A stretch of 64,000 bases of DNA from positions 186,001 through 250,000 of the forward strand of contig NW_020844911.1 of assembly GCF_003704095.1 (NCBI RefSeq), read 5' to 3'. The notes below the pieces were generated by a model. The model searched no databases, was not told the origin of the DNA, and worked only from the letters and a program-made list of their open reading frames with translations. This document shows positions 52,444-64,000 of the stretch, in pieces. The DNA comes from Pocillopora damicornis (taxonomy: Eukaryota). Each line of letters opens with the position of its first letter. Positions within the stretch are counted from its first letter, which is position 1. A program made the position numbers and the translations under genes.

Positions 52444-55400
52444 GGTGCAGGGATGGAATCTTTGCTGATTTCAAATTTTATTAAAACAGCCAATCACAGG
52501 AATTTGTATGGCTTCACTTTAGATACTCCATTAAAGCTTCACCCTTTCACTCTCAGCAGTGACCAAGACATACTTTCTCTTCACTATGTTAATACAACAT
52601 CAAGCAGATGAGTGATGAGAATATAGAAATATATCAATTAGGATATTATAATCATTTGATTCAATACTAAATTCTCCAAACTAAAATTATAAGTTATATG
52701 AGGCAGCCAGTGAGAAAAATTACTAAGGAGACTTTAGGAGTGAAAGGGTTAAGATGGAATTCTTTTTTTCATAAGGTGAATGGCTAGGTGCAAATTTAAT
52801 GAGTAAGTTAACACTTGTGCAAGCAAAGGTTGCCCTTCCTGGCAGTGAGGAGGAGAGTCTTTTGTGCCATTTAAAAAAAATTGTTGATAATAACTATAAC
52901 AGTGATGTCAAGAAAAATGCAACTACAACTACATATAAGGGAGTTATTAGTGGCTTCAGTCTGTCGTCGCTCAATTTGTATAGCTCACCCTTAACATTGC
53001 TTTTATTTAGACTGGAAAATGCTGGTTTTTTAAAATTAATTTTTAAGCTGCCATTTTGGTTCAGTTAATGAATATTTTAAAAGTGAAGTTTGCAAGTTGG
53101 AGATCATCTAATTATTTAATAATAAATTATTAATGATATTTTCTGTTACATGAAGTATTGTGGCAGTGATGAAATTATGTTAGGAGTTGATTATAAAACT
53201 TGGATTTAAATTTCTTGTTTTCCAGAAGGAAAATTTTGCTCTTGGTTTTTAGTTTTAATGATTTTATAGTGGTGAGGTTTGGTTTATTTTAAGTTTTAAT
53301 AACAGGGTTACTGTGAAACTTGGAAAATGTTATAGAGAAAGATGTTTTTTGTCTTGTCACGAGCGTGGGACAAATAAAAAAAATTCTGAGTCCCATGAGG
53401 AAAAACATCTTTCTCTTTTTCTTTACCGAGCTCAAATTTACCATCTCTCTTATTCAATTTGGGAAAATGTTGTACACCTGAAATTTTCACGGAATATTAT
53501 TGTGTTTAAAGGGAGAGGCCAATCAAGTATCTGGAAACCAGACAGAAAACAGCAAGGATAGTTATTATCCTATCTGGACAGTTGGTTGTTTTAAATTGTG
53601 ACAACAGGTTTGACAGGTTGGTGAGGCTTGTGTGAGTGAGTGAGGAGAGATAAGACCACTTGTCTGTACTATTCTTTGACTTTTTTTTTTTTTTTTTTAC
53701 CTGTCTTCTTAACTCTCTTATTATTTTGTGCCAGTTCTCAACTTCAAGGTGTTTTGAGAAGCCTTGGCATGATGGTATTTTCTCTGGGAAGAATTTATGC
53801 ACCTTTGCTAGTGCAATATTTATCATTACCATCGTAAAATGTAGACTATATGAAGGCCCTCCTTTTTGGCTAAGTCTGTTGCATGGGTGAAAATAAAAAA
53901 TTAGTGAGAAAAAATAAAAAAGTGATGCTAGGGTGTTGGGGAGCTCTTGCATTGAGTTTGGTGCACCATAGAAACTGTGGGTGAGGCTTACTTTTGCGGC
54001 ACATAGAGCTCCTGTGGTGGTCCTGTTTTTTCTCTGATTTTTCTTTGAGCTTTGCTAAAGAGGAGGGACTGCCTGCAGTCTACAGTTGGTAAAGTGGCGA
54101 GCAATGCCCAGCGGTTTTTTTTCTCCAATTTTAGTGGTCACAAAGAATTCCCTTATTATTTGTAATTTTTTGCAAGCTTCACATTATCTACAGATAAATA
54201 TTTTTATCAAAACTTCAATTATTATTGTAAATATTATGTGTGGACTGTATATTGGAGTTATACATCATAGTTGGGACAAATAGTGCTCCAGCATTAAGGC
54301 ATAATATTATTAATAACTTCATTGTTTAATCATATGATCTTTGGTTTTATTTAACATTGTTACAACATTCTGCACCAATCAATTTAAAGCTTCAACATCC
54401 TCCCCCATCCTGGGTGACCCACAGGCATTTGACTCTTCTCCATGCTGTGGGGGGGGGGGGGGGATTGAACCTTACCTGGCTGGGGAGTGTGAATTCTTTC
54501 CAGTAGAATGCAAGTGTTGTATTTTTAAATGTGGAGGTGTTGAAAGGTGAAAATTGATAGGTGTGTTAGTTTTCATGCTTTGAGCCTTAATAGTGACCAA
54601 GATCTAATTTGTCCTTACAATTTCATCCCTGAATCACTCTTTAAGGTCGCGAGAATGAAGGATATGATCACCAACTTAAGAAGCTTTTGATTGTTAAATG
54701 AATTCTCCTTCTCAGCACCTCAAAAGATGTATAGAAAACAGTATGGAGAACTTGCATACAGATGTTAGGGCTTAATGGGTTAAAGATGCACTATTTTCTT
54801 TTTGGTCATAAAGTAAATGGTTTGAACCTGATGGGTAGGCTACGTACATGTTGTCTTTTAGTCTGTTCATCTGGGTGACTGCAGTCCTGACAATTGCTAA
54901 TGTTAGTTGTAGTAACTGATCTTTTAACAACCTTTGCAGAAGTCATTATCAGTGTCGTGTCACTCTAGTGTCATTTCAAGGCCTTCAATGTTGATGATGG
55001 CTTGTGCTAGGTCAGTTGAAATGTCAGTCTCTGTCATCATGAATAGTCCAAAGGTCAGACTACAATATCAAATATTCATTGCAGTGTAGATTATGACTTG
55101 CCTGAAGTCAGTAACACTCTTATACCCCTATTCAACCAAAGTTTAAGCATGTGTGAAAGCTGTTTTTTCAAACAGTGCAACTTTCTTTTCTTCCCAGAAA
55201 CTTTTTGAACCCATGTTTGTTGACTTCAAATTTAGCACCTTTAAAATACAAGTTAGTGACTACTTGGACCCTAAGGAAAATTCAGTTTTTCAGTTTTCTG
55301 TTGCTAATTTTTATTCAGTTAAACCTGGTTTAACTAAACATGTTTGCTTATGTGAATGGGGTATCAGTAGGTAAATAAATTACTATTTTAAACATATTTA

Positions 55401-55761
55401 AAGACAGACACCTGAGAAAATTCGACATATCCTGCATGTTAATGTGTAAAATTATTTTTAATTAGTTAATTATTTTCTGAAGTTGGTTTTTGTTCCAAGG
55501 TCACAGTAGTGATTTGAACATTTATACATTAAGTTATTCATCAAAGAAAGTAAAAGAGGTCTTTGACGTCTGTGTTTAATTTGTGGTTGTATTAACTTGT
55601 GTGAAAGTGCTTTTTGATTGAGTGTTGTAAAATCAATCCTAAAGTGATCACAACAGCCACTCAGAGCAGAGGAAAATGTTACAATGAGTCAATAACTTCT
55701 TTGTAGCTCATTGTTAGAGATGGATTTGGGCCAATTACTGGTGGGGAGGGGAAGGGACAAT

Positions 55762-55976
55762 TGGCCATTTTACAGTTGAGTACTTTGTTACAGAGCCTTT
55801 GATTTGGAGTGAGGCTAAAGATGACCTTATTATGATAGAGACCAATATCTAGTTACCATGATAACAAAGTAATTTGCATTTGAAAAGCAGCAATGTTTGT
55901 ATCATAACAAGGTCAACCTTTGCCTCACTCTGGTTCAAAGGCTTGGCAACCAAACACACAACTGTAAAATGGACTA
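55762..55976. mobile_element. Palindromic MITE-like element; partial second copy at ~60497-60670
   Basis: GGCCATTTTACAGTTG...CAACTGTAAAATGGAC ends; internal arms GCCTTTGA..GAGTGAGGC / GCCTCACTC..TCAAAGGC. Confidence 0.7.
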
Positions 55977-56652
55977 TTTGTGATGGATTAGCATTCCATC
56001 CAGGGCAGAGTAACGATACTTTGCTGTTTCATGCTATGGAGACCAAGATAAGTTTTGTTGCTTTGTGTGCTTCTAAGACAGATATCAGTCCTAAAAGTTT
56101 TCAAGTGACCTGAATACACAGTTTGAAAAAGAAATAGTCCCAATTTTTTTAAGTACCCAGTCCATTGTCAAACAAAAAAAGCCCAGCTATACTTGGATAT
56201 TTCATGCAATCGGTCAAACCACCAATTTGTTGACTATGCATGTATCTGATACTTGCCAAAGTTTTTACCTGAATGCTGTTTCACATAGTTTTACTTCATA
56301 TTTCATTGTGAAAACTGTTCTGAATATCAACTCTTCACCTCTATCTCTTACAGGGAGATTTATTAACTTTCTTAATTTGCTTTTATTTCTTTTAAAATTT
56401 TGTACTTATCTTACAATATTTAAAAATCACATATTTGCCATGAGAAAGTTTTTGCAAAGCCTGTGTGAGTTATATCTCGGGTGAAAGATATTTACAAGTT
56501 TAAAGGTTTGCCAAATCACCTTTGTTAGTAATTCATGAATGACTTGGTTGCAATTACTTTGCTTTACTGACAAACTCAAGAAGTGCATTGGAGCTTTTTT
56601 TATTTACTGTACTTCCTCAAGTTAGCATCCAGGTGCTTATGAAGAAATGTAA

Positions 56653-56818
56653 AATGGTTTCTGTGTTTACATAGCCTGATGTAAACATGCGGGAGGTTGG
56701 GAGAACACGAGATAAGCATAGGAAACCATGATGCGAAGCAGAGTGGTTTCCAGCTTATTGAGTGCTTTCACAACCACCCAAGTGTTTACATCAGGCTATG
56801 TAAACACAGAAACCATTT
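56653..56818. repeat. Foldback element with ~35-bp inverted arms
   Basis: ATGGTTTCTGTGTTTACATAGCCTGATGTAAAC ... GTTTACATCAGGCTATGTAAACACAGAAACCAT. Confidence 0.75.
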
Positions 56819-57301
56819 TACATTTCTTTTATAAAATAACTAATGAAAGAGGAATGAAAACCATGTTTACATATGCTCATGTAAAATGGTTTTATGGCCA
56901 ATCAGAGCACGCGTACTATTTGAATTATTTTATAATTTAATTTTTCACCTAAAAGGAGGAGTGCTTTTGGACGGAGGTAGTATATTGGATAGAAGGCTCT
57001 TACTGGAAGGAGGGAGCTTATTGAAAGGACAGCACTTGTGGGATGGAGAGTACTTATTTGAGGATGGTGCTTATTAAGAAACTATTCTCTTATACTGGTT
57101 CAGCTGTAGTTGAAGGTTGAAAAGTTATTAAAAAAGGTGGCAATAGAAACAGGTTTTCCTTGTTTCCTTACTAATTAAGAAAGTGAGAGAGAAGGGCAGG
57201 GTGCTTGTTTGATATTTTGGCCGAGGGTATGGATGTTTGACAAATGGAGGGTGCTTTTCAGAACATGGGTGCTTCTTTGAGGAAATACAATAAACCTTCA
57301 G

Positions 57302-59818
57302 TTACACATTAGTATCTTCATATGAAAAGTCACCATTAGCTTCACCATAATGAACAACATAAGAGGGGAGGATGTGATGAGAGTTGAAAATGACCAGTTC
57401 TTTACTGTCAGGGGAGGTGTGAGAGTCATGACCCATCTCCAGGGGCTCCCCATGGATCAGTTTGGTACATCCATAGACTTTGCCAGGGAGCACCTGACAG
57501 AGAAGGAGCCTTGATGCACCTCGGATGTATTTCATTGAATATGAAGGATACTCACTGAAGTAAACACCCCGGCCATAATCTCCTGGGTAAAATAGAAAAA
57601 ATTTCAGCTTAAGTTATGCTTTATCAAACCTGATGATGATTGAAGTTTTAGTAAGGGTTGTAAAGTCTGCTCCACAAAAATCTCCTTCCCTTGGGATGGA
57701 ATAGGTTCTACTGAGCTAGCTAGCTAGATCACAAGAAAATGATGATGACCACAATGATAGTGATATTGGAGAAAGGCATATAAGAAAGGCTTTTATAGAA
57801 GAGCTTCTGAAAAGAGAAGGTAATATCATAGAGGGGGGGCTTTAGACATATGTTCAATTGAGGGCCTGAGATTACAGTATTAGAGACGGGAACCTTGGTG
57901 GCAATTAAGCTTGGCCCTTCAGAACTGTAACTTACAATTATTACCTATATCAGTTGCATGCTCAAAGTTTGCCTCTCCAGGAACCCTGAATCCTGTATCA
58001 CAAATAGAATGAATGTTGGTCTCTTTTGTCCCATGGAAAGCTAACACAGGGTACGACATCTTCTCTCCACGAACTTCTTTCAGCTTCTGTTGGGCTTTCT
58101 GGAATCTTCTTATCATAACTGGGTTCACTACGTAGTCCACCTTGGTAACACGATACTTATCTGTTGTATCAACAAGTCTATAGAACTGAGATTCTGTGAG
58201 ATTAAAAAAAAAAAAGATCGAATAAAAATTATGGTGGAAACTTTTGGTACCAAAATTTGATTGTGAAGGTTGGGTTTAACCATGACTTATAGTAAATTGA
58301 TGTANNNNNNNNNNNNNNNNNNNNNNNNNNNNNNNNNNNNNNNNNNNNNNNNNNNNNNNNNNNNNNNNNNNNNNNNNNNNNNNNNNNNNNNNNNNNNNNN
58401 NNNNATCCCTCTTTGTACTCCCTCTCAGCAAAAAGTGGAAAATAGCACAAGTCATCTTTATCCAAAGCCTCCTTTTCTCCATCAACCATCAGTTGCCCTC
58501 TCTCTAGCTGAGAATGCACCCGTCTGAGCTCTTTGTTCTTCTCGTCAATAATTTCTAACGTTTTATCAAGTTCCTTTTTCAAGAGATCTTTCATTTCAAA
58601 GGCCCTTCTTATGAGTTCCCGGCGTTCGGATTCGGAAAGAAGAGAGTAGCACTTTACGATGCTGGGACCACGACTTAAAACTGTGTCGTTTCTTGACAAT
58701 CTGAAAGACAATTTTTGCCGGAATTCAGCGATCAACATTTATTTCCTGAAGCCATAGGGCGAGAAAAAATTCCCTAGATTCAGATGAGTTTGATTCATGG
58801 ATAACACTACAACGGAACATTCAATAATGAACAAAAGACGTAAGTAAATTAAGTACAATTAACACTCCATAATTTTAATTAAGGGTTAAAATCCCGGAAA
58901 ATTTGTTTTTTTCTATCGGGGGGACTCACACTTTCACACGAGCTTAAAAATCATCGCGCCAAACTGTCTAGTTTTGTGCGACCATCAGACTTATTAATCT
59001 AAAGAACACTGCACTGTCCATTACAAACTTTAGACAGCTTTCAAGGTTATGGCTTCAAGTGTCGTCTACAATTGTTATGTAAATGTCCTAGTATCTTATC
59101 AGTTATATTAGATGTGTTAGTTCATCAACAAAATAAATAATTTTGCCTTTAAGATGTAAAATGGAATTATTAAGCGCCTCTCTTCATAAATCTTCCCCTC
59201 GCGAATACAAAAACACTCGAAGCTGTTTTTCGCGTGACAACTGGCAAGTCACATCAAGCGCAGCTGGCTGTTGTAAATCTAACATGCTGCCAACCTTTGT
59301 TCTCATTCTATGTTTGATAAGAGCTTATTCCCTGCTCATTCTAAAAATACTTACTGCGATCCCAAACTATCGCCACTTGAATGCTCTTCGCGTGATTTTG
59401 ACGGGAAGAATTTATCATCTTTGTCATTTTCTTCCTCAGCGTCAGAATAATCCTCGTCGTCGAAAACCGGTTGGGTGCATTCAACCTGGTAATTCGGCAA
59501 CTCCACCACATCGCATTCCTCTTCTTCATATTTTCCGGCCTCCACGTTGTTATTTTCATAATCTTCTAGTTTTGTATCTGTCGGATGCCAGAATTCTGCA
59601 AAGTGGATCAAATCTATTTCGTTGCACTCCAGACCATGTTTACAGACCAGAAGTTGCTCATTTCCCGCGTCGGGCGCGCGTTCTGCCCGATCGCCACGAT
59701 TATCGGTGTTGCTTCTCTCAGAATCCGAAAATTCGTCTGAGATGATAAATTTCTCATCAGCCACGCCATTTTTCATAGATTTTTTGTCCGTTTTAAGGCG
59801 CTTTACCTCGGGCTCCAT
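57302..59818 (-). CDS. PARP-family ADP-ribosyltransferase with N-terminal PBZ-type zinc finger, acidic region and coiled coil. Exons 59818-59355, 58700-(gap 58404), 58193-57945, 57582-57302
   Basis: GT-AG exons in frame on each side of the gap; C-x5-C-x6-H-x5-H finger (59585-59644); ART motifs LAFHGT, YGRGVYFS, SYSMKY, LLLCQVLPG, DSH..KELVIF..HILPSYVVHY. Confidence 0.82.
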
Positions 59819-59961
59819 TCCAAGCTGCGACAGACAGAAAACAAACATGAGAGTAAGGTTAAGTACTAATCACCAGGCTCTTAACAACATTTACGGAAAA
59901 GATGGCGGACGAACTACACTGAAAGACCCCAAAGTTTGTTTAGGTTATTTTCACCCTTCCA
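59819..59961. promoter_or_regulatory. Very compact region between divergent start codons, with YY1-type motif AAGATGGCGG at 59899-59908
   Basis: Divergent ATGs at 59818 and 59962; locally CpG-rich; the motif matches the YY1 consensus. Confidence 0.55.
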
Positions 59962-62900
59962 ATGTCTTTTCCCACTCCGTCGTTTTCGCATCTTAATCAA
60001 GAAGATTACCAGCATGTTTATGAGCCTGCAGAAGATACATTTCTTATGATGGATGCTTTGGAGAAAGACGCAGATTTCTTGAGAGCACAAAGGCAAAGAA
60101 TTTTTGCTTGATTCCAGTGAAATCTCTGGCAGACACAACCAGAATTTATCTAAACTTTGATTAACTTCCATTGTTTTCTTCACAGGCCACTTTTATGCGT
60201 GGAGGTTGGCAGTGGATCCGGTGCCCTAATAACTTTTTTGGCTTCCATTATCGGATCCCTCACCCACTACGTGTGAGTTTTGTTTACTGTACAAGGATTA
60301 CTGTACAAGGATCGACCAGTGGGGCCGCGAGAGTCTCATTCAGGCTTTATGATGGTACTGAAGTGCAAGTGAAGAAACATTTACGACCTCCCCCCACCCA
60401 TAAGAAGTTTCGCTTTAGTGCCCCCCCCCCCCACCCGCTTTTAAGTCCGCTCATTTAACAGTTCTTTTAAAATTGTGGTATTTTTAATGGCGCAATGTTA
60501 CAGTTGTATACTTAGTTGTCAAGCCTTTGATTTGGAGTAAGGCTGAAGGTGACCATGTTGTGATAGAGACTAGTATTTAGTAAGCATGATAGCAAAGTAA
60601 TTTACCTTTGAAAAGTAGCGATGTTTGCATCATAACAAGGTCATCATTAGCCTCACCCCTGTTCAAAGGATTATTCAACAATATTTTCTCTGCCATCGGC
60701 GAATAATCATTACATATTGCCCCCTGCTTTGAAATCCTTCCTACATCAATATTCAGAAAACTAAAAATTAAACCAAAACAAAAATGCCAGACTAATAGAA
60801 CAACAGAGCCTAGAAATATGAAGGTGAGAAAAAAGAATATTTTCACAGGTTGTCACAGTAAGGTTAACCATAAATATTGCTTGAAACAAATGCCAAGGAA
60901 AGTAATTTGCTAAAATATAAACCTATTTCTGGCTCAAAAATGTACTTAAAACTATTAATTACCTAAATAAAATTGGGAGATAGTCTTCTAGGGGATCAAT
61001 GCAATATCATATCCCATTGATCAGCCATCTCTAAGATATGGAGAAGTTGTATGTTTATAGAGTAATTACATTATTTTGTTGTACTGTTTATTTTGGATAC
61101 CTTCAAAATCAGGAATACTTTTGGCTATTGTAATTGTTCCAGAGCTACTGACATAAACCCCATGGCTGCTCAATGCACATCACAAATGGCAAAGCAGAAT
61201 GGAGTGAAAGTTAGTTGTGTTGTAACAGATTTGGTAAGTTTTAGTGCAGTTGTGAGGAAAAAAAATATGGTTCAGAGTTTTGGACGAACATTTTAACTCA
61301 TTTTTTGTAGTTCTCCTTGTTGGCATTGAGTCAGATTTCACTTGCCAAAATAATTCATATCTTATGATTAATGAGTTTCTTCTTTCTTTACAAGTTTTGT
61401 GAAAGATTTTATTGTTTTTCTTACTTTATTAGTTTGACTGGCCCTCCCCAGTAAAATAAATTAAATATTACAGACTGAAAGTTTTTTTTATAGACATGTG
61501 TAAGATTTCAGGTACTTATAAATGCCCTCTGATTTCATTAAAAAAGAATGACTAAGCAAACTAACAAATTGTTAGTAAACTTTTTATCAAACTTACTTTT
61601 TTCAGGGAAATTTGTTCAACAGCCTTCCCTTGACATCACATAAAACTATTTTCTACTTCACAGGTTGAAGGCCTTATTCCAAATATTTTTGGAAAAGTTG
61701 ATGTATTGATCTTCAACCCACCCTATGTTGTCACTGCTTCTGATGAGGTATTAGCAGGCTCCTTTGATATCAATATTTCCTAATGATGTAAATTTTTTGA
61801 TTCCATATGATAAATTTTATATTTTGTCTTTTTGTTCTTACAAGGTTGGCAGTCATAGCATTGAAGCTTCCTGGGCGGGTGGAGACAGAGGAAGAGAGGT
61901 ACCTGTCATTGCTGGATGACAATTAAACTCGGCTGGTCCATTTTAGACAACTTTATTTGCAGGTTTAACACTCACAACAACACTGCTTTTATTGCTCATG
62001 TTATTGCAAACTCAACTCATCTCATCTCACAAATGCACAGGCAGCCCCTAGCAACAAGCTGGCCTGTCATTCGTAACATAACAACGCGACTAAAAATGAA
62101 AGTACAGGAAGTGGGAGGGACAGAGGTACCTATATATCATAAGAATCCTTTTTGTGACCAGTGTCTAATTTCTCCTTACAGTAATACTGCTGAATAAGTT
62201 ATTGAGATCACGAGAATAAAGGAAATGATCACCAACTTAAGAAACTTTGATTGTTAAACAAATTCTCCTTGTCAGCATCAAAGGAAATGTAGAGAGAACA
62301 GTATGGAGAATATGCAAACTGATGTTAGGGTGTAAAGGGTTAAATTTGCAATGTGGAACATCTCTGTGTGATTTCCTAACACTTCTGCTGCCCGCAAGAT
62401 CTTGAAAACAGTCTTCCTCACTGTGTGCCATGCATTTCTGAAAATTAAGCTAGGAGAATTTTTTTGTTGTTGTTCTAGCAGGCCTTTCTGCTTGAAAATG
62501 TATTGACAACTTTATTCGCGGGTTTTACACTCACAACAACACTGCTTTTACCGCCCACGTTATTACAAACTCAACTTATCTCATCTCACACATGCGGCCC
62601 TCAGCAACGAGCTGGCCTGTCATTCGTAACATAGCAACGTGGTTAGAAATGAAAGTGCAGGAAGCGGTGGACATTGATGGACAAATGACTCTTTGGTTAT
62701 ACATACAGTTATATAATAACTAAGTTATTCTTGGGACTAAGTATTGAGAACGATAACACATTCCCTAAAATTCCCTTTAAGTCCCTAAACAAATCACTCT
62801 AATTAGCTGGAGTCTTTTGATAGTAACTTTTACTTTGTGAAAGACCAGACAACTGTCTTAAGTTTTATTTTCTTGAAATATTTTGCGTTTTGTTTTTAAG

Positions 62901-64000
62901 CCCCTGTAAGCTACTATGTCACATATTTCAATTCCACAGACATTTAGAGATGTCACACGAATAAGGAGGCTCTCTGCAAGCCTTAAATGATACAACAGTT
63001 CACTAGTCATGAAATCACATTAATGTGTTTTTGTGTCAATTTAGGTTATGGATCGTCTTTTCCCGTTTGTATCCACTCTTTTGTCCAACACAGGATGTTT
63101 TTATCTTGTTACTGTGGCAGAAAATAAACCAGGTAAGAGCGGAATAGTGTATATCCGATTCATGTAGCGGTATTTTACGATTTTCTGTTAAAAATTATCA
63201 ATTTTAAACGTCAACTTTTTTCTAAATTCACAATTTTTGAAGACATGAAGCATGCCAATAGAGCAATTTTCAATTAATTTTCGAAAGCAATCCGGGCTGC
63301 CATGGTTTTGCTCGTCTTTGCTCTGTGATTGGTCCAGAAAACTCACGCCACCTTTTCGACCAATCAGGAGCCGAACTGAAACCAATCGCGACTTGGTCAC
63401 TTGCGTTTTTCCCGCATTTAATAAGTTTTCTTGTTTTTACTCTGAGTTTTCAATGGCTCCTTTTGATATCTTGTATCGCTCCGCGCTCCGATTGGCCGCC
63501 GTGATAACTTTGGTTTTAGGTTTACGACACTCAATTGAATACGCGCTAAAAGCACAGGTCCTTATTATACTTGTTCTTGGTGAGTATTCTCCGTCGGCAG
63601 TTTCTTTGAGATGATATTATTTCGCGATACAGTTTCGATGGAGATGATATTTCTGCTTGGTCAGTCACGTTGTAGAGCACCGGACTGCCGTGCGGAAGGT
63701 CGAGAGTTTAAGCTCTAGATCGGACCAACACTCAGGGTCTTAACATAACTGAGGAGAATGTGCTGCCTTTGCTATGGTCCCATATCCTGTATCTTCCATG
63801 TACTGGTTTACGTGAGATGTTAAAGAGCCAATGCAGTTCTCGCAAAGAGAGGGGAACTTAGCTCCCGCTGTTGTGTTCTGACCCTGTTATTGCGTGAACA
63901 AAGAATAATCTCCACATCACTAGTTCCTTGGGGTTTCTTTAAAATTCATTCGTGTTACTTTTCTTTTCACTTTCTTCAGACGAGGTCATAAGTATTATGG
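59962..64000 (+). CDS. N6AMT1: HemK2/N6AMT1 methyltransferase, 3'-truncated by the window. Exons 59962-60092, 60186-60272, 61143-61233, 61664-61747, 61845-61898, 63045-63132, 63980->64000
   Basis: [67 protein letters not shown]. Intron 1 needs a GC donor. Confidence 0.93.
61904..62122. mobile_element. 219-bp insertion with TGTC...GACA ends; truncated second copy at 62505-62672
   Basis: 8-bp TSD GAGGTACC at 61896-61903 and 62123-62130; ~165 bp shared with the second copy. Confidence 0.7.
63655..63885 (+). mobile_element. Decayed tRNA-derived SINE in N6AMT1 intron 6
   Basis: tRNA-like head (GTAGAGCACCGGACT..GGTCGAGAGTTTAAGCTCT) followed by ACCAACACTCAGGGTCTTAA.ATAACTGAGGAGAATGTGCTGCCTTTG, a body I recall from cnidarian SINEs (from memory, not searched). 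Confidence 0.55.

Noticed and set aside
53506-53952. 148-aa ORF downstream of PASK
   Set aside because: No domain signal; includes a poly-T-derived Lys run; likely UTR or intergenic.
59143-59996. 200-aa and 124-aa plus-strand ORFs
   Set aside because: Antisense to the PBZ exon in GC-richer sequence, with no recognisable protein features.

Overview
AT-rich, intron-rich animal genomic DNA with five N-gaps. The gene families (single-exon BTB-BACK-PHR gene, orphan melatonin-like GPCRs, fucolectin mosaic gene) and the repeat families suggest a cnidarian, probably a scleractinian coral; this is an inference. Gene order: 3' exons of TUBGCP5 (+); BTBD-like gene (-); GPCR (-); a secreted FTP-FTP-D8C-PAN lectin-like gene (-); three tandem GPCR paralogues (-, the third frameshifted); PDCD2L (-) divergent from a complete 19-exon PASK (+); a PBZ-finger/coiled-coil/PARP-catalytic gene (-) head-to-head with N6AMT1/HEMK2 (+, runs off the window). 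Repeats include about 20 TTAA-CCCT MITEs, a solo LTR, Penelope-type minimal hammerhead motifs, tRNA-derived elements, a Helitron-like end and several tandem arrays. Best leads: (1) a small H-Y-E PARP fused to an acidic PBZ finger, whose 5' exons may interleave with those of N6AMT1; (2) a 78-bp array in the last PASK intron that forms a ladder of in-frame 3' splice sites; (3) a 412-bp element with a 14-bp TSD, interleaved inverted repeats and a full tRNA(GGT) cloverleaf; (4) the mosaic lectin. All exon models were read by hand from splice signals and frame continuity. No searches were run.
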